Origin: a virus
Lineage: Duplodnaviria; Heunggongvirae; Uroviricota; Caudoviricetes
IMG/VR virus record: IMGVR_UViG_3300028048_000083
Coordinates: 59,364 to 123,363 of that record
Length of the DNA stretch: 64,000 nucleotides
Strand: one strand, 5' to 3'
Each line of letters begins with the position of its first letter. The stretch's first letter is position 1. A program made the position numbers and the translations under genes. Shown here one piece after another: positions 56,217-64,000 of the stretch. Under the pieces are notes generated by a model, which did no database searches, was not told the origin of the DNA, and was given only the letters and a program-made list of their open reading frames with translations.

Positions 56217-56612
56217 ATGAGCAAAAATATCAGGACTTTAAACGAAGCGCAACTGTGCGACTTGGTAACCAATATCACCAAACAATGTCTTATGGAATCA
56301 ATGGGTCTCGACCCAGAAAGCGGCGAAGACGAATATGGAATGGAGCAGGATTATTTCAATTCACCTGACAATGTTGCTGACAGTCACGGTTCAGATGTAC
56401 CAGACGAGGAATTCTATGACGATTTCTTTGACAACCCAGCTGAAGAGGCTTTTGGCAATGACACCGACAGTGAACTTGATTCATATGACGACGGTGGATA
56501 TGACACATTGCTTGAAAACAAGGAAAAGGAAGACCTTGCCGAAAAACAGGAAAAACTTTTCACTTTTATCACTGAAAATTGGGATAACCACGCTAATAAC
56601 CTTATTAAATAA
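56217..56612 (+). CDS. Highly acidic protein (possible DNA mimic/anti-restriction)
   Basis: 131 aa, very rich in Asp/Glu (DSHGSDVPDEEFYDDFFDNPAEEAFGNDTDSELDSYDDGGYD). Its N-terminus resembles that of the next gene. Confidence 0.45.
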   Translation: MSKNIRTLNEAQLCDLVTNITKQCLMESMGLDPESGEDEYGMEQDYFNSPDNVADSHGSDVPDEEFYDDFFDNPAEEAFGNDTDSELDSYDDGGYDTLLENKEKEDLAEKQEKLFTFITENWDNHANNLIK

Positions 56613-56627
56613 AAAACGTTATAGAAA

Positions 56628-56894
56628 ATGAAAAAAGTAATAAAACTGACTGAGGCAAACCTCAAGAACATGATTAGAGAGGCTGTCGTTGAAGCGGTCA
56701 ACGGCGGTTGGGAAGTCGACGACAACGAAGCTAGGAAGGCTTATGAATTTGCAGCCGACACCCTGGGTAAAGAAACAATTGACAGTGCTATAATAAGAGC
56801 AATGTCAGACAATACGCTTGCCGAGATACTGGCATACGTTTTCCGTATGTATGATTTCAGAGAATGGGATGAATACAAACAAAACAATTATTAA
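56628..56894 (+). CDS. hypothetical protein
   Basis: 88-aa ORF. The N-terminal IKLTEANLKNMIRE is similar to IRTLNEAQLCDLV of the upstream gene. Confidence 0.45.
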   Translation: MKKVIKLTEANLKNMIREAVVEAVNGGWEVDDNEARKAYEFAADTLGKETIDSAIIRAMSDNTLAEILAYVFRMYDFREWDEYKQNNY

Positions 56895-56924
56895 AACAAT
56901 AAACTTAAAACAACATAAACAGGT

Positions 56925-56958
56925 TAAGCGGACAATATGAAAATATGCCCGCTTTTTT
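56925..56958. terminator. Bidirectional rho-independent terminator
   Basis: AAGCGG...CCGCTT stem followed by TTTTTT on plus, with A-rich sequence upstream. Located between the convergent plus cassette and minus genes. Confidence 0.5.
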
Positions 56959-56981
56959 AAAATGTGTATGTAGTTAAAGTA

Positions 56982-57221
56982 TCACATTATCACCACACGT
57001 TTTTGTTTGGTTTCATTTTTTGCCTTTTCTGGAATTTTGACAAGTGCTCCGATTCTGAAATGGTTGTCATCAATTAAGAAAATCTCGTGTTTAATGAGGT
57101 TTTCATATCCGTAGTCACTGATTATCTCATTGAGAAACATGGTTATTTCAGCATCCGCGTTGGTAGTCCCGAAATATGATAGTAAACCACTTGTACGGTA
57201 TTTCACTATTACTTTTTCCAT
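56982..57221 (-). CDS. hypothetical protein
   Basis: 79-aa ORF. Confidence 0.4.
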   Translation of the reverse strand: MEKVIVKYRTSGLLSYFGTTNADAEITMFLNEIISDYGYENLIKHEIFLIDDNHFRIGALVKIPEKAKNETKQKRVVIM

Positions 57222-57229
57222 GATGGTAG

Positions 57230-57421
57230 TTAACAGTTTATCTTGATTGCACAGTTTTGTTCTACCAGTTCAATGAGTTCATCCATGGTCACATCCATTT
57301 CTTCGAATACTGGGGAGTAGTCGCCCCTGGTTGTTATGTCATCAAACCTTTGGCTGGCTTTTCTGTCGTTTTCGAACATCAGCTTGTCAAACCAGTAGTT
57401 TTTTGAAACCTTTACTTTCAT
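57230..57421 (-). CDS. hypothetical small protein
   Basis: 63-aa ORF. Confidence 0.35.
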   Translation of the reverse strand: MKVKVSKNYWFDKLMFENDRKASQRFDDITTRGDYSPVFEEMDVTMDELIELVEQNCAIKINC

Positions 57422-57430
57422 GCTGGCAGA

Positions 57431-58222
57431 TTACTTGATATTGATAAACGGTATTGAATTTCCCATCATGTAGGTAGGCAAAGTACCGTTCCATTTCTGC
57501 ACAGCCTCATATTCCACAAGTTTCGGGTTGTTGGCAAGGGAGTTGGCTTTGATTCGCATGGCTTCAGCTTCAGCTTCGGCTGCAATCTTTGTCTGTTTTG
57601 CCTTTTCCTCAACCTGGATAGTGACATTCTTGGCTTTCAATGCAGCCTGTTCAGCGACCTGTTTTTCCTTAATGGCTGTTTCGAAAGCATCGTCAAAATC
57701 GATATCAACAAGCTGGAACTGAATGTTGGTGAAATATCTGTTGTCCAGTGTCTGTCTCAATACCTCTTCAATATTCCTGCGTACAGCGTCGCGGTTTTCC
57801 ACAATCTGGGTTGCGGCGAAATTGCCAAAAGCCTCTTTCATTGCCGAGCGGATATAAGGTACAACGATACGGTTATGATAATCATCGCCGACGTTTTTCA
57901 TGAGCTGGCTGACATTTTCCTGAACCAGGTCGTAGTTGATGGTGTAGTCAACGACAGAGGTTTGCACGTCACGGGTGTATGAGTTTTCCTGACCGTCGAA
58001 TTTTTTCTGTTGGATGTTGACTTTCTTCACCTTCTGCACAAAAGGCAGTTTCATGTGGAGACCGTCGTTGATTACACTGTCGCTCATTTTGCCGAATGTG
58101 CTGAGTACACCTCTTTCAGTGGATTTGACTGTGTAGAAAGTTGAGGATAGCACCACAAGTGCAAGCAGTCCAAGCACACACCATAGAATAGTTTTCGTTC
58201 TGTTCATTTCGTTCTGTTTCAT
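57431..58222 (-). CDS. SPFH/band-7 (prohibitin/HflC-like) membrane protein
   Basis: N-terminal TM segment, then an SPFH-like body (YTVKSTERGVLSTFGKMSD...) and an Ala/Glu-rich coiled coil (AEQAALKAKNVTIQVEEKAKQTKIAAEAEAEAMRIKA). Confidence 0.8.
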   Translation of the reverse strand: MKQNEMNRTKTILWCVLGLLALVVLSSTFYTVKSTERGVLSTFGKMSDSVINDGLHMKLPFVQKVKKVNIQQKKFDGQENSYTRDVQTSVVDYTINYDLVQENVSQLMKNVGDDYHNRIVVPYIRSAMKEAFGNFAATQIVENRDAVRRNIEEVLRQTLDNRYFTNIQFQLVDIDFDDAFETAIKEKQVAEQAALKAKNVTIQVEEKAKQTKIAAEAEAEAMRIKANSLANNPKLVEYEAVQKWNGTLPTYMMGNSIPFINIK

Positions 58223-58249
58223 TTTTATTTTAATTTATTTAAATATTAA

Positions 58250-58714
58250 TTAGTTAATTTCATACTTCTGATTTACATTTTCGTTAAGTGTCTCGAATAT
58301 CTGGTTTATTGTACTAATCTCCTTTGCTGAATATTGTATTGTGCGTTCGAGTTCGGTTTTTCGTGTCCTGAGCAATCTTGATATTTTTTCAATACGCTCG
58401 TTTTTGTATTGCTGCTCATTCAGCCAAGGAGTCACCCAAAAATAGATTGTTCCGTATGATTTATATGAGTACACCTGCATTTCAAGTTTACCGTCGTCGT
58501 ATTTGTATATTGCAGCGTTTTCCAACTCATAGTTGTCTTTGTTTATTTTTTCCGTACTGAGATAGTGCTCAAGTTCATTGGCAATGTACTGTACGGAATT
58601 AATCATATCTAGATTCATGGTTTTAAGCAAGTCACAATTCCAATCAATGGACTTGTTGTATGCTTCAACAAATTGTTCTATGTCCTCTTGTTTATTGGGA
58701 TTTTTGTCTTCCAT
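58250..58714 (-). CDS. hypothetical protein
   Basis: 154-aa ORF. Confidence 0.45.
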   Translation of the reverse strand: MEDKNPNKQEDIEQFVEAYNKSIDWNCDLLKTMNLDMINSVQYIANELEHYLSTEKINKDNYELENAAIYKYDDGKLEMQVYSYKSYGTIYFWVTPWLNEQQYKNERIEKISRLLRTRKTELERTIQYSAKEISTINQIFETLNENVNQKYEIN

Positions 58715-58717
58715 ATC

Positions 58718-58912
58718 TTATAAAATTGTTTGGGTTATGTTTTTGGATTCTTCTTCTGTCAGGAACACGAGGTCGTCACAAAGTATCGTTTCGTGGTTTC
58801 TCAAATAGACACAAACAACATCGTCGAAATAACAAGGGTTGCCAACGTGGTCTATGTCATTACAGTCGACAACCGCTATCACTTCACCAAAGTTATATAG
58901 TTTTACTTTCAT
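58718..58912 (-). CDS. hypothetical small protein
   Basis: 64-aa ORF. Confidence 0.35.
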   Translation of the reverse strand: MKVKLYNFGEVIAVVDCNDIDHVGNPCYFDDVVCVYLRNHETILCDDLVFLTEEESKNITQTIL

Positions 58913-58969
58913 TTCAATTTAGTTTTAATAACTGAACGAATGTTAAGGATTTCATCTATGTATTTTAGA

Positions 58970-59173
58970 TTAATACAATTTGCTGATACCTTCCCATCCC
59001 TCAACATCAAATGTCTTTCCACATGCCGCACAGGTGACGTAAGGAGATTTGGTACCGCTGATATCCGTGTACCATCTAATGTCACCCTTTTCCAATTCAA
59101 GTCTTGATTTGCAGCATGGGCAAATTCCAGTTACAGTTATTTCGTGGCGTTCAAGAATCTTCATATATAACAT
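58970..59173 (-). CDS. zinc-ribbon small protein
   Basis: Trimmed to the internal Met. CPCCKSRLE...CAACGKTF. Confidence 0.4.
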   Translation of the reverse strand: MLYMKILERHEITVTGICPCCKSRLELEKGDIRWYTDISGTKSPYVTCAACGKTFDVEGWEGISKLY

Positions 59174-59190
59174 TTTTGGATTTAACAAAC

Positions 59191-59226
59191 ATATAACCGA
59201 AAACAGCGAATTTTTTCCGTAAAATT
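59191..59226 (-). promoter_or_regulatory. Conserved upstream motif (class B), instance
   Basis: Plus-strand ATATAACCGAAAACAGCGAATTTTTTCCGTAAAATT. Confidence 0.45.
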
Positions 59227-59236
59227 TCACAATTAT

Positions 59237-59425
59237 TCAGTCAACCCATAGCCAATCCAGGAATTTCAGCCACATAGACAGTAAAAAAGGCATTGTATAT
59301 CCAAACAGGATATATTCAAAACCCCAGAGGAAAGGTATTTCGACTATTATAAACGGTACCAACATTATTCCAATGATGATTCCTGCTAGCAGTTTAATGA
59401 CATTAATCAGTCTGTTTTTCATTTT
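59237..59425 (-). CDS. small membrane protein
   Basis: Trimmed to MKNRLINVIKLLAGIIIGIMLVPFIIVEIPFLWGF.... Confidence 0.35.
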   Translation of the reverse strand, partial: KMKNRLINVIKLLAGIIIGIMLVPFIIVEIPFLWGFEYILFGYTMPFLLSMWLKFLDWLWVD

Positions 59426-59618
59426 AAATTTCAAACAAGTTTTCAATCGCAACACAACCAACGACCTTGTCAACAAAACAACATTCAGTGCCGCACATAG
59501 TGTAAGGTTCGCTTGTGATGGTAACTTCAATTGGTTCGCATCCAGGTTTCCCCTTTCCGTCCAGATATGATGCATACAAGACTATCTTACCTACCTTGAT
59601 ATTTTCTTTTCTAATCAT
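59424..59618 (-). CDS. hypothetical small protein
   Basis: 64-aa ORF. Confidence 0.35.
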   Translation of the reverse strand: MIRKENIKVGKIVLYASYLDGKGKPGCEPIEVTITSEPYTMCGTECCFVDKVVGCVAIENLFEI

Positions 59619-59626
59619 TTGTTGTA

Positions 59627-60193
59627 TTATTTAAATTCCTCGATTTTGATTCTATGTGAACACCAATAGGTTTCATCACCACCCTCATATCCTTCCTTGA
59701 TAATTTCCTCGGTGGCGGGGTTACGAACCAGGACATTTATGACGGCAATACCTTCTTTTTTGTACAAGGTCAAGTCAATACCCTTGGCAAAATTAACACA
59801 GTCACCGTTTTTGATATCACGTGAAATTACGGAATTTTTCAACCAGGAACTATGATGTTGATTGACCCACTCATACACACATTCAGCCCTTTCTGATATT
59901 ACGGTGCCGACCGTCCGCAATACCGCGTGGTAAGTTTCAACAAAGCCGCTTATAATGTTAGTGAACGTGTTGTACTGGTCAAGGACATTTGCATTTTTGT
60001 TATCGTAATCATAATGCACATATCCGTTGCCGTTGTTCAGACTATACGGTATGTCAGCGCAACTGTGTGTCGGGTCACACACAAGCTTGCCTACCAGCTC
60101 AAGGTTTTCGTTGGCATATACTATGACTTCGTATCCGTCCTTGCACACAAGTCTGTCGCCAATATTTATTTCAATTCCGTTGTCGTCTTTCAT
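59627..60193 (-). CDS. hypothetical protein
   Basis: Trimmed to MKDDNGIE, so that the class-B motif at 60221-60256 lies upstream. Confidence 0.45.
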   Translation of the reverse strand: MKDDNGIEINIGDRLVCKDGYEVIVYANENLELVGKLVCDPTHSCADIPYSLNNGNGYVHYDYDNKNANVLDQYNTFTNIISGFVETYHAVLRTVGTVISERAECVYEWVNQHHSSWLKNSVISRDIKNGDCVNFAKGIDLTLYKKEGIAVINVLVRNPATEEIIKEGYEGGDETYWCSHRIKIEEFK

Positions 60194-60220
60194 TGTTCTT
60201 TGTTTTTTTTTTAACATCAA

Positions 60221-60256
60221 GATAACCAAAAACAATGGATTTTTTCCGTAAAATAT
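60221..60256 (-). promoter_or_regulatory. Conserved upstream motif (class B), instance
   Basis: Plus-strand GATAACCAAAAACAATGGATTTTTTCCGTAAAATAT. Confidence 0.4.
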
Positions 60257-60257
60257 T

Positions 60258-60473
60258 TTAATTTATTTTGTTTTGTTTGACATATTCCCAGGAAATTTCT
60301 TCCTCAGTGTGTTTATTTACTTTGAAAGCTGTCACATCCTGGTAAGATTGACCAGCCATTTCACGGGCAATTCTCTTACATTCACCCAAGTCATCAAAAA
60401 GTCCAACTAACCAAGGTTTGCCTTGGAAGTCAGTACCATCTTTGTGTCTGTATGCAATACTGTACATTGTCAT
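60258..60473 (-). CDS. hypothetical small protein
   Basis: 71-aa ORF. Confidence 0.35.
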   Translation of the reverse strand: MTMYSIAYRHKDGTDFQGKPWLVGLFDDLGECKRIAREMAGQSYQDVTAFKVNKHTEEEISWEYVKQNKIN

Positions 60474-60829
60474 TTCATTTTTTTGGTGCGATGCTTTACT
60501 GCGGTTTCAGGCCATGTTTCAGCAATGTTTTCAGCTAGTGATATCCAGTCGAATTTGCCGTCATACATGGATGTAGCCATACCAGCCCCTCTATCACAAC
60601 TGTACCCGTTATAGGAGAGATAGTTCACCAGTAAGGTATTCTCATATTTGTTTTTCACTATAAGAGCCAGCATAACGTATTCCTTTCCATCTTTTTTGTA
60701 CGAAGGGCGTAAAATACGTTTCACATTAGACGGTATTTTGGTGTACATGAATTTCTCTTTGTCACATTCCAATTTTTCGTATAGTTCTTTGTCAGACATC
60801 ATATCGCGGCATATAAGGGTTGTTCTCAA
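60470..60829 (-). CDS. hypothetical protein
   Basis: 119-aa ORF. Confidence 0.4.
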   Translation of the reverse strand: MRTTLICRDMMSDKELYEKLECDKEKFMYTKIPSNVKRILRPSYKKDGKEYVMLALIVKNKYENTLLVNYLSYNGYSCDRGAGMATSMYDGKFDWISLAENIAETWPETAVKHRTKKMK

Positions 60830-60863
60830 TGTATCGTTTAATCAAATCTTCATTCATAACATA

Positions 60864-61136
60864 TTAATTCGTTTTACATTTAAACATGGGGTCGACCTCA
60901 ACATATTCCAGGTAGTTGTTCATTACGTCACTATAAGTCGGCAAATCAATAGCCATATTCTTCCCGATACTGGCTATAACATGTTTTGCAAACCAATCCC
61001 AGGTGTCAGCTACAGCCTGATGGTACCCTTCCTCATAACCTTTCGTGTAACCAGTCCTCGCTGATACAGCCTCGTCGGAAGTCCCCTTGTAGGCTTTTCT
61101 TGCACCATCTGTAATTAAAATTTCTCTGCGTGTCAT
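60864..61136 (-). CDS. hypothetical protein
   Basis: 90-aa ORF. Confidence 0.4.
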   Translation of the reverse strand: MTRREILITDGARKAYKGTSDEAVSARTGYTKGYEEGYHQAVADTWDWFAKHVIASIGKNMAIDLPTYSDVMNNYLEYVEVDPMFKCKTN

Positions 61137-61153
61137 GTCTATTAATTTCCTTT

Positions 61154-61579
61154 CTATTTTATATTGTACATACCTTCTGGCGCTTCAAGGGCAAGGCCCT
61201 TTCCAATCAGTCCACGGTAGTCGAAATGATGTGCGTTGAGCCAATCAATAGATTCGCATGTTTCAAAAAAATAAGTTACATCATCACTGGCAATAATACT
61301 TTCTTTTAAACTAATATATTCAAGTACTTCAATCCCAGTCATACTTGACATCGGACGGAGATATGGTTTGATATTCTCCAGTGTGAAACCATCATTGATA
61401 TCGTCTTCAACCATGTTCATGATTGGCACAGGACCATAATCACCAAGCATCGCTTCGATGTTTGCGGATGTTAATAACATATCTTCCTCATGACCCATGA
61501 ACGAAGTGTGTACCATGACACCATAAGGTAGTCTGGCACAGAGGTCAGTCAATAACAGTTGTTCATCATTTGTCTCCAT
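61154..61579 (-). CDS. hypothetical protein
   Basis: 141-aa ORF. Confidence 0.45.
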   Translation of the reverse strand: METNDEQLLLTDLCARLPYGVMVHTSFMGHEEDMLLTSANIEAMLGDYGPVPIMNMVEDDINDGFTLENIKPYLRPMSSMTGIEVLEYISLKESIIASDDVTYFFETCESIDWLNAHHFDYRGLIGKGLALEAPEGMYNIK

Positions 61580-61603
61580 TTAGCTATTCCTTTATGTTCA
61601 TTA

Positions 61604-61798
61604 TTACAGTTTTATTTTCTTAGGCTTGTTGTTGTCAGGCTTTTCCATGTATACCCAAATTTCATCTCTTTTATCCACGTTAACCATTGATACGATTCTC
61701 CAACCTTTATCAATTAATTTAGTGATTTCCACTTTTGTAATCGCGTACTGAAAAGTATCGGTAGTGCTTGCTATTTTAATACATTTGTTCACTTCCAT
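61604..61798 (-). CDS. hypothetical small protein
   Basis: 64-aa ORF. Confidence 0.35.
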   Translation of the reverse strand: MEVNKCIKIASTTDTFQYAITKVEITKLIDKGWRIVSMVNVDKRDEIWVYMEKPDNNKPKKIKL

Positions 61799-62097
61799 AG
61801 TTTAAGCCTATTATCAATCCAATTTTGTAATGACCCGTTTTCCCTGTCGCCTTGTTTCCTGTTCCAATAATCTGGACAATAGCAATCACCAGCAACGGTT
61901 TGGTATGGGCGTTCATCTCCATTATGCGCCCAGCAGTTTCCTTCGCCGAGTTTCTCAAGGACACCTTTCGGTGTTACAATCCAGCTTCTGTTTTTAGTTG
62001 CCTGATACCACCAACAGTTTATGCAATATCCGTGATTCATAATGTGATTTTTTTCATTGGAGAGATTGATACACAAATATTCCAGACTCTCAATCAA
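61789..62097 (-). CDS. hypothetical Cys/Trp-rich protein
   Basis: CINCWWYQ...NCWAHNGDERPYQTVAGDCYCPDYW. 102 aa. Confidence 0.4.
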   Translation of the reverse strand: MIESLEYLCINLSNEKNHIMNHGYCINCWWYQATKNRSWIVTPKGVLEKLGEGNCWAHNGDERPYQTVAGDCYCPDYWNRKQGDRENGSLQNWIDNRLKLWK

Positions 62098-62407
62098 ATT
62101 TTACCGACCAATCACCGACCTCGAAATTCGGTTTCCAGTTGTCATTATTCTCACAATCTTTTTTTATGTCACAAGGAATTTGTTCCACTATGTTTTTAAG
62201 CCAGGCGATAATATCTTCCTTGTTGTCATATGGTACAAACGCCTCAAGATAATCAATCGCAATATTCAACATTTTCGTGTTGTTAACCTCGTTCAATTCT
62301 GGATGTTTATAATTGATAAAATTCACCAGTTGTTTGTTGTCTGGGTTTTGCTCTTTTATTGTTTTGAGTGTCTCAAGAGCGTCTTTATATTTTGCTTTAT
62401 AGTCCAT
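62090..62407 (-). CDS. hypothetical protein
   Basis: 105-aa ORF. Confidence 0.4.
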   Translation of the reverse strand: MDYKAKYKDALETLKTIKEQNPDNKQLVNFINYKHPELNEVNNTKMLNIAIDYLEAFVPYDNKEDIIAWLKNIVEQIPCDIKKDCENNDNWKPNFEVGDWSVKFD

Positions 62408-62428
62408 ATTATTTAATTCTGAATTAAA

Positions 62429-62776
62429 TTACCAACAGATACTGTATTGGTAAGGGTGCACACTTAGGCAGTTTATACTATCGCCGTAAATCGGGTAATA
62501 TCCACCGCAAGCCGTTCTTGATGTTTTCGAATCCTTATAGTCAATTAAATAGATTATCATACCCATCACCAGTTCCTCCGTCCTTTCGTCAATGAAAACC
62601 CTTATCCTGTCTGGACGTAAGGTTTCTTTGTTATACAGTTCGGTATAGCCTGGATGTGATTTTTCAGCCTCTTTCAGAATAAGCTCGGTGTCAAATATTG
62701 TGGCAACTTCACAACTATAGGTCTTGCCCATATATTCAAAACAGCCATTCTCGATTTTTATTTCCTCTTGTTTCAT
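62429..62776 (-). CDS. hypothetical protein
   Basis: 115-aa ORF with a class-B motif at 62804-62843. Confidence 0.45.
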   Translation of the reverse strand: MKQEEIKIENGCFEYMGKTYSCEVATIFDTELILKEAEKSHPGYTELYNKETLRPDRIRVFIDERTEELVMGMIIYLIDYKDSKTSRTACGGYYPIYGDSINCLSVHPYQYSICW

Positions 62777-62803
62777 AATTTAATTTTTTTGCATTAATTC
62801 ATA

Positions 62804-62843
62804 CATATAACCGAAAACAACGGTTTTTTTCCGTAAAAACCGT
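62804..62843 (-). promoter_or_regulatory. Conserved upstream motif (class B), best instance
   Basis: Plus-strand CATATAACCGAAAACAACGGTTTTTTTCCGTAAAAACCG. The minus strand reads TTTTACGGAAAAAAACCGTTGTTTTCGGTTATATG, about 25 nt before the ATG. Confidence 0.45.
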
Positions 62844-62848
62844 TTATA

Positions 62849-63055
62849 TTATATGCTCCAAATACCGCCACCAGGGTATTTTTTCCTGAAATCTTCAGTT
62901 GTTTTGCATTCGTCGACCACTTCACCGATACAATTCACCACTTCGTGGGTGTCAGGTATATATGTATATTCAGGGGGTATTGAATCAAAACCGAATAGGT
63001 ATTCCTCGAATTCGTCTGAGAAAAGTTCATCTAATGTCTCTGGTATCAAAATCAT
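62849..63055 (-). CDS. hypothetical small protein
   Basis: 68-aa ORF. Confidence 0.35.
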   Translation of the reverse strand: MILIPETLDELFSDEFEEYLFGFDSIPPEYTYIPDTHEVVNCIGEVVDECKTTEDFRKKYPGGGIWSI

Positions 63056-63164
63056 GTTTAAATCAAGTTTTTAAGACAATATGTTATTGTTGATTCACAA
63101 GCTTGTCCAAATGGCGTCATATCTATCAATCATCCTCTAAAAAATGAATCATAACCGTGATAGG

Positions 63165-63299
63165 TCAGAAAGCTATACATACCGCATCAACAAATGAATC
63201 TAGAAAACCATCATTGTCATACAATATCCCCAACTTATCACAAATCATTATTCCTAACAATACATATACAATGAATAACAAACTAATTAATACTATCAT
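63165..63299 (-). CDS. small membrane protein
   Basis: Trimmed to the internal Met (MIVLISLLFIVYVLLGIMI...). Confidence 0.3.
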   Translation of the reverse strand: MIVLISLLFIVYVLLGIMICDKLGILYDNDGFLDSFVDAVCIAF

Positions 63300-63303
63300 C
63301 GTC

Positions 63304-63645
63304 TTATTTTTCTTTGGAGAACAATTTACTGTAATGCCAGGGTACATACACAGGTTTCTTACCTTCAATATGGCAATACCACAAAATATCAAAGCGATGT
63401 TTGTTTCCGCACCAGACAACATACTTGTTTTTCATCCAGTTGCTTAGCACTTTTATCACTTTAAGCTCATGAATCTCCCCGCATTTACTGCAGCCTATTG
63501 TTATGGTGTCTGGACAAAATTCCAGATTGTCTTTAATTCGCATAACAAGTGCGAATACGCCGACAACAATCAAACCAATAGCAACGCCAATAATTTCAAC
63601 CAGGGCAAGAATACCAATCATTTTAAATACAAAATTTATTGTCAT
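63304..63645 (-). CDS. membrane-anchored Cys-rich protein
   Basis: N-terminal TM segment IGILALVEIIGVAIGLIVVGVFALV, then CSKCGE...WCGNKH. 113 aa. Confidence 0.45.
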   Translation of the reverse strand: MTINFVFKMIGILALVEIIGVAIGLIVVGVFALVMRIKDNLEFCPDTITIGCSKCGEIHELKVIKVLSNWMKNKYVVWCGNKHRFDILWYCHIEGKKPVYVPWHYSKLFSKEK

Positions 63646-64000
63646 GCCAATTTTGTTTTATTTTAAACACCCGTTTTCCAAACCCAGTTCGCACAGACGA
63701 CGGCTTTGTTTAATTGTTGTGTAATAGTTTTTCATATTCACCAATTAAATACTTATACCTATGTGAATCCATACATTTTCTGTGCTCTTCATATGTCGGA
63801 GCCACTTTAAACATGTAGTCTGGATAGAGAAAAGAAAACCGTACACGAAAACTTATGAAAATCTATGATTCCCAAGTTTCCGCTTCTTGTTTCAACGAGT
63901 CACTGCTTCTTAGGTCAGGCTCTGCCTGACGGTCGTCCACTGTTGGGCTCTCCACAAGCGTGAATTCGGGTCTACGGAACCCTATTATTCTTTTCCCCTC

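Noticed and set aside
1-64000. Integrase, attachment sites, or host flanks indicating a prophage boundary in this window
   Set aside because: No tyrosine or serine recombinase motifs and no tRNA-adjacent direct repeats were seen. Gene density and composition are uniformly phage-like until the GC-rich patch at the extreme right edge, which is too short to interpret.

Overview
This 64-kb window reads as part of a dsDNA bacteriophage genome, probably one infecting a Bacteroidota host. About 100 short, tightly packed ORFs lie on the minus strand from 2.5 kb to 63.6 kb. Exceptions are two plus-strand genes at the left edge, a lone plus gene at 14.7 kb, a plus-strand tnpB at 34.3 kb, and a three-gene plus cassette at 55.4-56.9 kb behind a palindrome-rich strand-switch region. 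Several upstream regions carry a TAnnTTTG-like -7 element, and lipobox signal peptides are present. There are no CRISPR arrays and no rRNA. Recognisable products include an SSB, a divergent ThyX-like enzyme, thioredoxin, an ECF-type sigma factor, an SPFH/band-7 protein, an AAA+ ATPase, a vWA (DUF2828-like) protein, a TelA-like protein and an ATP-grasp protein. There is also an intein (Hint plus LAGLIDADG) inside a PD-(D/E)xK exonuclease-like gene, and a solo IS605-family TnpB with a hairpin and tandem repeats just downstream of its stop codon. The most coherent theme is a dispersed RNA/tRNA repair and translation-rescue toolkit. It comprises an Rnl2-type RNA ligase, a P-loop kinase, a HAD phosphatase, a metallophosphoesterase, a Thg1-like 3'-5' polymerase, two pol-beta nucleotidyltransferases and SmpB, with a tRNA-like gene nearby. 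Two non-coding signals stand out. One is an ~880-bp ORF-free region (6205-7090) next to that tRNA-like element. The other is a ~36-40-nt motif (plus strand TATAACCGAAAAC...TTTTTTCCGTAAAA) found at least 14 times upstream of minus-strand genes, possibly a promoter class served by the phage sigma factor. All calls come from reading the sequence by eye; no database search was run.
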